A DNA stretch of 64,000 nt from an uncultured bacterium (GTDB taxonomy: Bacteria; Zixibacteria; MSB-5A5; UBA10806), in assembly GCA_965541585.1 (NCBI GenBank), contig CBEUCH010000004.1, positions 135,871 to 199,870 on the forward strand, in the 5' to 3' direction. A program made the position numbers and the translations under genes. Below the pieces are notes generated by a model. The model was not told where the DNA came from, did not search any database, and saw only the letters and a list, made by a program, of their open reading frames with translations. Positions 28,867 to 38,411 of the stretch are shown here, piece after piece. Positions within the stretch are counted from its first letter, which is position 1. Each line of letters opens with the position of its first letter.

Positions 28867-31080
28867 TTATCTTTCTATTATCTCCAGGCTGGCGTATTTG
28901 ACCATCAGCTTTTTATTGCCTGCGGCTTCAAATCTTATGGTAACAATCAGGCTCTCGCCGCTGCCCTCGCGCTCAACCACGACGCCGCGGCCGAATTTAT
29001 CATGCATTACGGTCGTGCCCATAGGCAGAAGGTCATCGGTGTCATAATCATCTAAGCCCAACGATTTTTCCTGCCGGGCTTTCTTAGCCGGTCGTCGCTT
29101 GGACTTTGCAGCATCATCCTTGTAGAGATCGCTCCAGTAGTTGAATCTCTCCACCTCGATAAGCTCTTCGGGGATATCCTTCAAAAACATCGATGGCCCG
29201 CCGGTGTAGTCGCCCCAGCGACGTCTGAATCCGGCCATGGACAGGCAGAGCTTCTTCTTGGCACGTGTCATACCGACATAACACAACCGCCTCTCCTCAT
29301 CGAGATCCTCCGGTTGATCCAGTCCCCGCCTTAGCGGGAAAAGACCGTCCTCCATACCGGCCATAAACACGGTATCGAATTCCAGCCCCTTGGCCGAATG
29401 CATCGTCATCAGGGTTACCGATTGCGCCGAATCATCCCAGTTGTCGATATCGCTAATCAGGGCGACCTCCTCCAAAAATCCCGCCAGCGACGGTGTCTCC
29501 TCCCGGTCGGCGTATTCCTGAATTCCGGCTACCAGCTCCTTGACGTTGTCGGCGCGAACCTCGGCCTCCGGCGTCCCCTCCTCCAGGAGCACCTCCAGGT
29601 ACTTAATATACTCTATCAGGCGGGCGGCTATATCTTGCGGTGACGCTTTATCCACCTTCGACGATAGCTCGCTCATTATGGCTGCGAATTTCTCCAGCTC
29701 GCCCTTCGCTTTGCCCTTGATACCGGCATCGCCGGCCGACGATTGGACGACCGACATCAGGGACTGTCCCTTTTCCGCAGCCAGCCGTTCCAGCTTGGCG
29801 ACGCTGGTCTTTCCGATTCCTCTCTTGGGAACGTTAATAATTCGCAGAAGCGCCAGGTTGTCATCGGGATTCACCATAAGGCGCAGGTAAGCCAGGATAT
29901 CCTTCACCTCCGCCCGTTCGTAAAACTTCGTGCCGCCGACTATAATATACGGCAAGCCCTTATATCTCAATGAATCCTCTACGGCGCGGGACTGGGCGTT
30001 GGTGCGGTATAACACGGCGAAGTCCGATGCCGATTTATCGAGTTTTACGCCCGAATTGATCTTTTCCGCAATCGCCTCCGCTTCATCCGTCTCGTCGCCG
30101 CATAGAAGAAGCGATACCTTATCGCCGCCGATCATCTCGGTGAAGAGCTTTTTCGGCTGGCGTCCCTCTATTTTGGAGACGACATCGCCGGCGGAATCGA
30201 GAATAATCTGGGTCGAGCGGTAATTTTGCTCCAGCTTTATGACTTTGCAATCGGGATAGTCTCTTTCAAAATCGAGGATGTTGTTAATATCTGCGCCACG
30301 CCAGCCGTAGATCGACTGATCGTCATCGCCCACCACACAAAGATTATGATGATCACCTGCCAGGAGATTTACCAGCCGGTACTGGGCATGATTGGTGTCC
30401 TGGTATTCGTCGATTAGTACATATCTAAAGCGATCCTGATAGGTCTTTAGAATTTGAGGATTCTCATCGAAAAGCTGCACTGTTCTCATCAAGAGATCAT
30501 CGAAATCCATGGCCTGGCTTTTGACAAGCCGTTTCTGGTATTCGGTATAGACCGTCGAGACGTTGACCTCGAGGAAATCCGAGGTTTTCCCGGTATAGGC
30601 CTCTGGGGTAATCAATCTATCCTTGGCGCGGGATATGCGGTTGCGGGCGATCCCTACCGAAGGTTGTGAATCAGCAATCCCTTTACTTTTATAGATCATT
30701 TTTATCAGCGCCAGCGATTCAGCCTCGTTGTAAATGGAAAAACTTCTCTTAAACCCGAGCGGTTCGCAATGCTGCCTCAGTGTCCGGGCGCAGAGCGAAT
30801 GGAAAGTGGAAAGCCAGACCCAGCGACCCTGTGAGCCGAGCAGGTCTATGACACGATTTTTCATCTCCCCGGCCGCTTTATTGGTGAAGGTGACCGCCAG
30901 AATCCTGTCCGGTTTTGCCGCACCTGTGGCAATGATATGAGCGATCCTGTTGGTAATCACCCGGGTCTTGCCGGAACCTGCACCGGCGAGCACCAGAAGA
31001 GGCCCGTCGACCTGCTCCACCGCTTGGCGCTGCCATTCGTTGAGGTCGTTAAGATACCCGGGATTTTCCATGGGCGACAA
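28867..31080 (-). CDS. pcrA: ATP-dependent DNA helicase PcrA/UvrD
   Basis: 'QRQAVEQVDGPLLVLAGAGSGKTRVITNRIAHII', 'DEYQDTN', 'TMHSAKGLEFDTVF' and 'VGMTRAKKKL' are SF1A motifs. 737 aa with a PcrA-type C-terminal tail. Confidence 0.9.
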   Translation of the reverse strand: MSPMENPGYLNDLNEWQRQAVEQVDGPLLVLAGAGSGKTRVITNRIAHIIATGAAKPDRILAVTFTNKAAGEMKNRVIDLLGSQGRWVWLSTFHSLCARTLRQHCEPLGFKRSFSIYNEAESLALIKMIYKSKGIADSQPSVGIARNRISRAKDRLITPEAYTGKTSDFLEVNVSTVYTEYQKRLVKSQAMDFDDLLMRTVQLFDENPQILKTYQDRFRYVLIDEYQDTNHAQYRLVNLLAGDHHNLCVVGDDDQSIYGWRGADINNILDFERDYPDCKVIKLEQNYRSTQIILDSAGDVVSKIEGRQPKKLFTEMIGGDKVSLLLCGDETDEAEAIAEKINSGVKLDKSASDFAVLYRTNAQSRAVEDSLRYKGLPYIIVGGTKFYERAEVKDILAYLRLMVNPDDNLALLRIINVPKRGIGKTSVAKLERLAAEKGQSLMSVVQSSAGDAGIKGKAKGELEKFAAIMSELSSKVDKASPQDIAARLIEYIKYLEVLLEEGTPEAEVRADNVKELVAGIQEYADREETPSLAGFLEEVALISDIDNWDDSAQSVTLMTMHSAKGLEFDTVFMAGMEDGLFPLRRGLDQPEDLDEERRLCYVGMTRAKKKLCLSMAGFRRRWGDYTGGPSMFLKDIPEELIEVERFNYWSDLYKDDAAKSKRRPAKKARQEKSLGLDDYDTDDLLPMGTTVMHDKFGRGVVVEREGSGESLIVTIRFEAAGNKKLMVKYASLEIIER

Positions 31081-31301
31081 TATATAAATTTATAAATAGT
31101 AATGACAGCGATGATTTTCAACATAGCAGGTGATCTCCGCAAATACGGGCATAATTGTATTGCCATTCTTTTTTCCAATATATATCTTGATTTCGCAATC
31201 CGAGCATCGAATCTCGGCGAGGAGTAGCGTGGTGTATGATGAAGATCCTGTTTAGTCATAATAGCCTCTTCAGTATATAAGGCTGACAGAAGGAGAATGG
31301 T

Positions 31302-32699
31302 ATGGATACAGTGTCGCTTTTGATATTAATCGGCGCTATAGTTGTTTTTGTCGCCTTCATCTTAATTCTTCTGGCGAAACAATATCGCAAGGTGGGACCG
31401 AATGAGGTTCTCATCATTTCCGGTGGACGGAAGAGAACCGTCACCGATCCCGACGGCACCGTGCGAAAAATCGGCTATCGAATGCATATTGGCGGTGGTA
31501 CGCTGATCATCCCGTTTCTCGAATCGGCACAGGTGCTTCCCCTGGGAGTCCACACGCTCGATCTGGTATGTACCGAGGCGATTACATCCCGCGGCATTCA
31601 GGTCAACGCTCAGGGACAGGCACAGATAAAAATCGGCGGCGACGAATATTCTGTTCGAATGGCGGCGGAGCAGTTTCTGGGTAAAGGCAATCAGGGAATC
31701 AAGGATATAGCCGGCAAGATCCTCGAGGGCCACACGCGGGCTGCCCTGGGCACAATGACGGTGGAAGAGGTATTCCAGCAACGAGAGGCGTTCGATGACA
31801 AGGTCAAGAAAACAGCATCCGATGATTTCGACCGGATGGGTTTGAAAATCCTTTCTTTCTCTCTAAAGGATCTTTCCGATACATCGGGTTACATAGAGGC
31901 CCTGGGAAAACCGAAGATCGCCGAGGCCCGGGGAGTGGCGGCGGTGGCCGAAGCCGAGGCCGAGAGAGACGCTACAGTCAGGGCCGCCGGCGCCCGCAAG
32001 GAGGCAGATATAGCCAAGTTCAAGGCCGAGATGGAAATCGCCGGGGCCAATCGCGATTACGAGCTCAAGCGGGCCGAGTACCAGGCTATGGTCAACCAGA
32101 AAAAAGCCAACGCCGATCTGGCCTACGAGCTGGAACGTCAGAAGATGAACCAGCAGCTGAAAAGAGAGGAATACCAGGTGCGGCTGGTCGAGAAGGAGCA
32201 GGCCATCAAGCTTGAGGAAAAAGAGATTCTGCGCAAAGAGAAAGAGCTTGAATCCACGGTTAAAAAACAGGCCGATGCCCGCAAATATCAGATGAGAACC
32301 GACGCTGAAGCACAGGCCTTCAAGACTGAGGCGGAAGCCAAAGCGAAGGCTGAGGCCTTAAGGCTGGAGGGCGATGCCGAGGCCGAGACTATGAAAAAGA
32401 AAGCACAAGCTTACGCCGACTATAACCAGGCCGCCGTTTACGAAATGCTGATATCGATTATGCCCGAGCTGGCGAGGGCTGTCTCAGAGCCGCTCTCCAA
32501 AGTAGATAAGATCATCATGGTCGACGGCGGCAGTGGCGGCGGGGCATCCAGAGTGACTAAACAGGTGGCCGATATTCTGGCGCAGTTGCCGGTGGTCATA
32601 GAGTCCTTATCAGGCGTGGATATAAAGAAGCTCCTGGAGAAATTTCCATCCGCTGAAGGTAAGAAAGAGAAGCCGGGCAAAGGTGGCGGGCAATCTTAA
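31302..32699 (+). CDS. Flotillin-like SPFH/band-7 protein
   Basis: An N-terminal TM segment is followed by an SPFH domain ('PNEVLIISGGRKR...'). A long EA-repeat coiled coil follows ('AEAEAERDATVRAAGARKEADIAKFKAE...'), ending in a Gly-rich C-terminus, like FloT/YuaG. Confidence 0.85.
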   Translation: MDTVSLLILIGAIVVFVAFILILLAKQYRKVGPNEVLIISGGRKRTVTDPDGTVRKIGYRMHIGGGTLIIPFLESAQVLPLGVHTLDLVCTEAITSRGIQVNAQGQAQIKIGGDEYSVRMAAEQFLGKGNQGIKDIAGKILEGHTRAALGTMTVEEVFQQREAFDDKVKKTASDDFDRMGLKILSFSLKDLSDTSGYIEALGKPKIAEARGVAAVAEAEAERDATVRAAGARKEADIAKFKAEMEIAGANRDYELKRAEYQAMVNQKKANADLAYELERQKMNQQLKREEYQVRLVEKEQAIKLEEKEILRKEKELESTVKKQADARKYQMRTDAEAQAFKTEAEAKAKAEALRLEGDAEAETMKKKAQAYADYNQAAVYEMLISIMPELARAVSEPLSKVDKIIMVDGGSGGGASRVTKQVADILAQLPVVIESLSGVDIKKLLEKFPSAEGKKEKPGKGGGQS

Positions 32700-32743
32700 G
32701 TGCTGTCGTCGATTATATGAGATCAAATTCATAGGGGCCCGGT

Positions 32744-35074
32744 ATGCTCTCCGATAGAATCCAGAAAATAGGTTTTTCGCCCACGCTTAAAATATCGGCC
32801 AAAGCCGACGCCATGAGGGCCGAGGGTATCGATGTTATCAATCTTTCCGTGGGAGAGCCTGATTTTCCGACGCCCGATAACATAAAATCGGCGGGCAAAC
32901 AGGCTATCGACGACAACTTCACCAAATATACCGCCAACGACGGCATATTGCTTCTACGGGAAGCTATCGCGAAAAAACTGAAAGAGGAAAACGGGCTCGA
33001 ATATGGGACCGATGAGATCATTGTATCGCCCGGTGCGAAAAACTGTATGTACAATCTCTGCATGGCGGTTCTGGATAGCGGCGATGAAGCCATCATCCCG
33101 GCGCCCTACTGGGTCAGCTACCCGCAAATGGTGAATCTCGCCGGTGGCACACCCGTTGTGATCCAGACCAGGGAGGAATACGGCTTCCGAATTACACCTG
33201 ATGAACTTTCAGCGGCCATCTCGCCATCCACCAAACTGCTGATACTGAATAATCCCTGCAATCCCACCGGAGCAGGCTACAGCAGGGAGGAGCTTTCGAA
33301 GCTGGCGGAGATTATTGCGGATGAAGGAATATTAGTCGTGTCGGATGAAATCTATGAGAAGCTCGTTTTTGATGGTTTTGAATTTGTATCGTTTGCATCG
33401 CTGGGCAAAAAGATCAAGGAACAATCGGTGATTGTCAACGGCGTATCCAAGGCTTATTCCATGACCGGATGGCGTATCGGGTATGCCGCCGGTCCCAGGG
33501 AGTATATCTCGGCCATGTCGAAGGTGCAGTCGCATAACACCTCCAATGCTTCATCGGTTTCCCAGATGGCCGCCCTGGAGGCCCTCACCGGTCCGCAGCA
33601 TGAGATCAGCCGCATGCGAAGCGAATTTCAGATTAGACGCAACTATATGGTCGACAGGCTCCGCGGAATCCCGGGCATATCATGTTGCGAGCCGCGTGGC
33701 GCCTTTTATCTATTCCCCAACATATCATCGTATTTTAATAAGGAATACGAGGGGATGCAGATCCGCAACTCCTATGGAATGTCATATTATCTTTTAAAAC
33801 ATGCGCACGTGGCTGTCGTTCCGGGTGAGGCATTCGGTAGCGAGGGATACATCCGGCTTTCGTATGCAACTTCCATGAAGAAGATAGAGGAGGCCATGGA
33901 TCGTATCGCATCCGCTCTGGCGAAACTGGAACCGACCAGGGACGCAAAAGCGATATCACTAAATAATACCATCACGGTCAGAAAGGCGGCCGTCGAGACC
34001 GAGACGCATGTCGGCCCGGAGATGCGCGACGCTCTCGTGGCAGAGGCGGAGTCGCATTTAACTCACCGGGGATACTACGAGTGGAATGCCAACATTCAGG
34101 GCGTGATTATTCAACTCCGGACAAACCTCTCGCATCTCTATGATTTCTGGGTTGAAAACTGGTACCCGGCTCAGCTGGAGACCGATCTGGAACCGCACGG
34201 AATAATCTACGCCGTGGGCTGGATTCCCGGGCGAGAGCCCCGGGCTTATTATAATAGCGAATCACGGACCGCAATATTCTTCAAATCGGCATACTACGGC
34301 CAGTTGAGGTCCCTGGCCCTCGGCATGGCGGATGATATCGCCTCGAGGCTCTCTAATACATATTCGGTGCGAGGCTTAGCTCTCGATTTCGACGGAAGAG
34401 GTCTGGTTATGATCGCTCCCAGGGGTACCGGCAAGGCCACCTTCTTCGCAAATCTATTGCCCTATCCGAAAAGTAAGATCGTTTCGGATGACGTTGTATT
34501 TGTGAGAATTAACAATACTGCTGTCGCGGACGTCCCCGAGCGAAAATTCTACATGCAGACCAATCTCGTGGAAAAATATCCTGATTTCGCGCCCCTGTTC
34601 GATAAATCCAAGTGCGAAAACGTTATCACCAATCGCGATGAATGCCTGAACGGCCCCTGCCAGAAACTCGATAACTGCCGGCTCGATCGCGGGTCGCCTT
34701 TCTGTTACGAAGCCTCCCCCATCTCAAGGGCGATGCTCGATCCTTACTGGATCGGAGGGGCTGAAAAACATACCAAGCGAACCAACCTGGAATGGATCCT
34801 GCTTTTCAAAAACGATCCCATCAGCCCGGTGCTAAAAGAGCCATCCGTTGACGAGGCAGTGCGACATTGCGAGGAGGGGCTTACGGAGTCGGGCGCCCTG
34901 AGATCCGAACCGTTCTTCAATCCTCATATTTTTGCCGGCGGCTCTGACCGGATCGATGCCCGACGGCGTTTCTACGAACAGCTTTTCAACATTGCCAGGC
35001 CATATTTTATAAACGTAAACGTGGCCTCAAAAGATGAAATTCAGAAAAGAATCAATGAAGTTATCGGGATTTGA
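32744..35074 (+). CDS. Fusion protein: aspartate/aromatic aminotransferase domain (aa 1-395) + HPr-kinase-like P-loop domain (aa ~396-776)
   Basis: The N-terminal half has 'LSVGEPDFPTP', 'ILNNPCNPTGAGYS' and 'VNGVSKAYSMTGWRIGY' (PLP-binding Lys), which is class I AspAT. The C-terminal half has 'GRGLVMIAPRGTGKATFFANLL....KIVSDDVVFV'. That parallels the HprK Walker-A region 'G.LI.G.SG.GKSE.AL......LV.DD.V'. A Cys-rich patch 'CENVITNRDECLNGPCQKLDNC' is also present. Confidence 0.65.
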   Translation: MLSDRIQKIGFSPTLKISAKADAMRAEGIDVINLSVGEPDFPTPDNIKSAGKQAIDDNFTKYTANDGILLLREAIAKKLKEENGLEYGTDEIIVSPGAKNCMYNLCMAVLDSGDEAIIPAPYWVSYPQMVNLAGGTPVVIQTREEYGFRITPDELSAAISPSTKLLILNNPCNPTGAGYSREELSKLAEIIADEGILVVSDEIYEKLVFDGFEFVSFASLGKKIKEQSVIVNGVSKAYSMTGWRIGYAAGPREYISAMSKVQSHNTSNASSVSQMAALEALTGPQHEISRMRSEFQIRRNYMVDRLRGIPGISCCEPRGAFYLFPNISSYFNKEYEGMQIRNSYGMSYYLLKHAHVAVVPGEAFGSEGYIRLSYATSMKKIEEAMDRIASALAKLEPTRDAKAISLNNTITVRKAAVETETHVGPEMRDALVAEAESHLTHRGYYEWNANIQGVIIQLRTNLSHLYDFWVENWYPAQLETDLEPHGIIYAVGWIPGREPRAYYNSESRTAIFFKSAYYGQLRSLALGMADDIASRLSNTYSVRGLALDFDGRGLVMIAPRGTGKATFFANLLPYPKSKIVSDDVVFVRINNTAVADVPERKFYMQTNLVEKYPDFAPLFDKSKCENVITNRDECLNGPCQKLDNCRLDRGSPFCYEASPISRAMLDPYWIGGAEKHTKRTNLEWILLFKNDPISPVLKEPSVDEAVRHCEEGLTESGALRSEPFFNPHIFAGGSDRIDARRRFYEQLFNIARPYFINVNVASKDEIQKRINEVIGI

Positions 35075-35153
35075 TACAATATGGAGTATTCTAAAGGCGG
35101 ATGATCATAGATCAGAGCATGTCAATTTTCCTTAAATTGCGTCGGGGGACTTC

Positions 35154-36362
35154 TTGTCATCAATATTGATATTCATACTGGGAGTTGTTTTCGGAGCGGC
35201 CGTGGTTCTTGTCATCAGCCTGCTCCTTAAAAGAAAGGCTGGAACCGATGCTCTGCATTTCAAGGAAGAAATGGAGAAGGTTTTCAAGGCGGCCTCATAC
35301 GATCTATCCAAGCAATCCATTGAAGAGATATTAAAAGTCTCAAAGGAGATTCTGGAATCCAAAACTTCCGAGGGCACCGCGGACTTGGAATCGAAGAAAA
35401 AATTGATAGACCAGTCTCTCGGCAACCTCGCTAAGGATATGCAGGAGAGGATGGAGAAGGTTCAACGGCTGATGACGGAAATTAATCAGGCCGTCCCCGA
35501 AAAGTACGGCAAGGTATCTTCGGCCATAGAGCAGATGGCCAAACAGAGCGACGATCTTCGAAAAACGACCGAGTCATTGAATAGGGCGCTTTCATCCACG
35601 CAGGTCAGGGGTCAATGGGGAGAGCGGATGGCAGAGGACATCCTGCGCACAGTCGGCCTGCAGGAAAATATTAATTATGTAAAGCAGAAACCTGTCGAGG
35701 GCGGCAAATCGAGACCCGATTTCACTTTTCTTTTGCCCAATGATCTCAAGGTCAACATGGATGTCAAATTTCCCTATGAAAAATATCGAGATTTTCTCGA
35801 TGCCGACGGAGATGCCGATAAAGAGCAGGCCAAAAAGCAGTTTCTGGGCTCCGTGAAGGACAGGATCAAAGAGGTAACAAGCCGTGATTATATCAATCCC
35901 GAGGAAAATACGGTCGATTATGTTCTGGTCTTTATCCCCAATGAGCGGATCTATACATTTATACAGGAATCAGATTCATCTATACTCGATGAGGCATTGA
36001 GCCAAAAAGTTATCTTATGTTCCCCGCTCACGCTTTACGCCATGCTGGCCTTGATAAGACAAGCTATCGATAATTTTAATCTCAGGCAATCCTCAAGAGA
36101 GATACAGGGATTACTGGGCGGCTTCTCAAAACAGTGGGAAAGATTTATAGATTCGATGACAACGGTGGGCAGTAGAATAGACAGCGCCAGGTCGGCCTTC
36201 GATGAGATGATCGGCACGCGCAAGAGGATGCTCGACCGCCAGGTTCGTAAAATCGATGAACTGAATAAATCCGAGGGTATCGAGCCGAGAGTGTTACCCG
36301 ATGATGAAATCGGCGAGATCGAGGATAAAAGGGATTCCGATAAGGATAATCTGCTGCTTTAG
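35154..36362 (+). CDS. rmuC: DNA recombination protein RmuC
   Basis: N-terminal TM and coiled coil. Conserved RmuC C-terminal core 'RGQWGERMAEDILR...RPDFTFLLPND...DVKFPYE...VLVFIPNERIY'. Confidence 0.85.
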   Translation: MSSILIFILGVVFGAAVVLVISLLLKRKAGTDALHFKEEMEKVFKAASYDLSKQSIEEILKVSKEILESKTSEGTADLESKKKLIDQSLGNLAKDMQERMEKVQRLMTEINQAVPEKYGKVSSAIEQMAKQSDDLRKTTESLNRALSSTQVRGQWGERMAEDILRTVGLQENINYVKQKPVEGGKSRPDFTFLLPNDLKVNMDVKFPYEKYRDFLDADGDADKEQAKKQFLGSVKDRIKEVTSRDYINPEENTVDYVLVFIPNERIYTFIQESDSSILDEALSQKVILCSPLTLYAMLALIRQAIDNFNLRQSSREIQGLLGGFSKQWERFIDSMTTVGSRIDSARSAFDEMIGTRKRMLDRQVRKIDELNKSEGIEPRVLPDDEIGEIEDKRDSDKDNLLL

Positions 36363-36503
36363 GATTTGATACAAATTGGCCGGCTCTCTAAAATCGGGGA
36401 ACATTATTGCCTTACAATTGTATATTGTAGTATATTGCTACCGCACCGTTGAATCTGCATCTAACGACAAAACGAAATAAACCGGTATCCCCGGAGGATA
36501 ATT

Positions 36504-37256
36504 ATGTTGAAAAGGTCGTTTAATTCCGGCTGCATCAGAGTACTTATTGCAGTTTTCTGTTTCGCAACTATGGTTGTGCCGATTGCTACAGCCCAGGAAG
36601 GAGAATCCGACGCGCCCGCCCCAAAACATTCTCTCAAAGATGGCGCCTGGGCGCTGCAGTTTCAACTGGGCAGCGCCTTTTCACGCCGCGGATATGATGG
36701 AATAGTCATCTCAGCCAAATATCATCTAACAAGAGGATCTGCAATTCGCCTGGGTATCGATATCAATGGCGATATTCATTTCGGAGGCCACACAAGTCAT
36801 CGCGGGACACCCCCGGATGATACCCTTTATAGTTCTTCAAGGGATAATATCAATCGTGAGGGAATCAAACTGATATCTGAATATATTAAATACACCCAGA
36901 TAGATCCGAAACTACATTTCCTCCTCGGAATCGGCCCAACTTTCGGGTTTTCGCACTTTAAATCGAAAAGCGAGAGCCGATATACCTACCTTCAGGAGCC
37001 CGAAAGCCGTACTTACATTTCCAAGACATATAACTGGTCGTTAGGTATTTCCGGTGTACTGGGGGCCGAATGGTTTCCGACAAAAAGAATCAGCGTTATA
37101 GCAGAATACGGAGTATCATTCGATTATAGGTATCAGATAAGAAGATCGGAAGTTATCGGTGATGCACCGACTAAATCCAGTCGCAACAGAAATCATATGA
37201 ATTATTTCGCCCTAGATCTTCTGGCCGCTAAAATCGGCATCGCTGTATATTTCTAA
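36504..37256 (+). CDS. Hypothetical outer-membrane beta-barrel protein
   Basis: Signal peptide 'MLKRSFNSGCIRVLIAVFCFATMVVPIATAQE'. Alternating beta-strand pattern. C-terminal 'IGIAVYF'. Confidence 0.45.
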   Translation: MLKRSFNSGCIRVLIAVFCFATMVVPIATAQEGESDAPAPKHSLKDGAWALQFQLGSAFSRRGYDGIVISAKYHLTRGSAIRLGIDINGDIHFGGHTSHRGTPPDDTLYSSSRDNINREGIKLISEYIKYTQIDPKLHFLLGIGPTFGFSHFKSKSESRYTYLQEPESRTYISKTYNWSLGISGVLGAEWFPTKRISVIAEYGVSFDYRYQIRRSEVIGDAPTKSSRNRNHMNYFALDLLAAKIGIAVYF

Positions 37257-37330
37257 ATTATTTAGTCCGCCTGTAATCCTCTCATGATCGTTTTACGGAT
37301 ATGAAAAGGCTGTTGTATGGCCGGAATGTA

Positions 37331-38353
37331 TCATTTCTTCTTTTCTATCTTTTCTATCTTTTCGTTTAACTCCTCAAATCCCTTCGCATCCCATTCAGGC
37401 ATCCCTGCTTCCATCAGTTTATTTTTCGCCTTTTTGAGATGGTCCAGCGCGCTCTTGGGATTCCCTTGCGCCAGCGCAATATCGCCCAATTCGCGATATG
37501 AAAATCCTACCCATTCGGCGTTTTCAGGCTTCGAATCCTGCTCGTATCGTTTCACAGCCCAATCATGAACCTCATTCATCCAGGTGGAAGCGGAATCCAA
37601 TTGGCCGGTCATCCTGAATGCATGCCCCACCGACCAATCGGCGATGAGTTTTGCCAGATCGTTTCCTTTTTTGTAATGATACTCGCGGGCTTTCTTTAAT
37701 GCCTCCAGCGATTCCTCGTAACGCCCCAAGTCATCGTAGTTCCAGCCAAGGTTGTTCCATAAGGGCGCCAGCCAACTCTCCAGGTTTCCCTTCTCAGCGG
37801 CTTCGATCCCCCTGGCCCCCCACTCGATCCGCTCCTCCATTCCACCGGTTATGGTCATCATGTTGGCGGCATCCACTGCCCGGTTGAAGAGATCGTTGGC
37901 CATGCAGAATTGATACATTTCCTTAAAAGTACCGGCGGCAACCGGCGCCTCCGGCGAAACGGCCTTAGCTTCGGCGGCCGCATCCTGCCATTCAAATCGT
38001 CCACGCACACCGAGATAGCGTGACCAGCCTCTGGGTTCTCTGTCCGTGGCGACCTCGGCGGCCCTGGTTAGCCATTCGCGTCCCTCTTCCTTTCGTTTTG
38101 TGGAAAGGTAACATCGGGCAACCTGAGCATAGGCCTCGACAAGAATGCTGTTGTCTTTCTCATTCCGGGAAGCGTCGATGGCTTCCAGGTAGACCTCCAG
38201 CGCCTCTTCCGGCTTTCGGTTACTGAAAAGATCATCGCCCTTTTGCAATAATTCTGCGCCCTTTGACATTTTAACGTCTTTTGAGTTGGGGCCGCAGCTT
38301 GCTATCAAACATATCACCAAAAGAAGTAAGGACATAACACGTAACATAATCAT
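37331..38353 (-). CDS. TPR-repeat lipoprotein (hypothetical)
   Basis: Lipobox 'LLLLVICLIASCG'. Multiple TPR-like helices. Confidence 0.45.
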   Translation of the reverse strand: MIMLRVMSLLLLVICLIASCGPNSKDVKMSKGAELLQKGDDLFSNRKPEEALEVYLEAIDASRNEKDNSILVEAYAQVARCYLSTKRKEEGREWLTRAAEVATDREPRGWSRYLGVRGRFEWQDAAAEAKAVSPEAPVAAGTFKEMYQFCMANDLFNRAVDAANMMTITGGMEERIEWGARGIEAAEKGNLESWLAPLWNNLGWNYDDLGRYEESLEALKKAREYHYKKGNDLAKLIADWSVGHAFRMTGQLDSASTWMNEVHDWAVKRYEQDSKPENAEWVGFSYRELGDIALAQGNPKSALDHLKKAKNKLMEAGMPEWDAKGFEELNEKIEKIEKKK

Positions 38354-38411
38354 CTGATTAATCCTCTCAGTTTAAGGTTGCAATAGTTCATAAGTATAGC
38401 CGGGATTATCA

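Noticed and set aside
29398-30940. Plus-strand ORFs antisense to pcrA
   Set aside because: pcrA helicase motifs are unambiguous on the minus strand. The antisense ORFs are Ser/Arg/Leu-rich with no starts preceded by an RBS.
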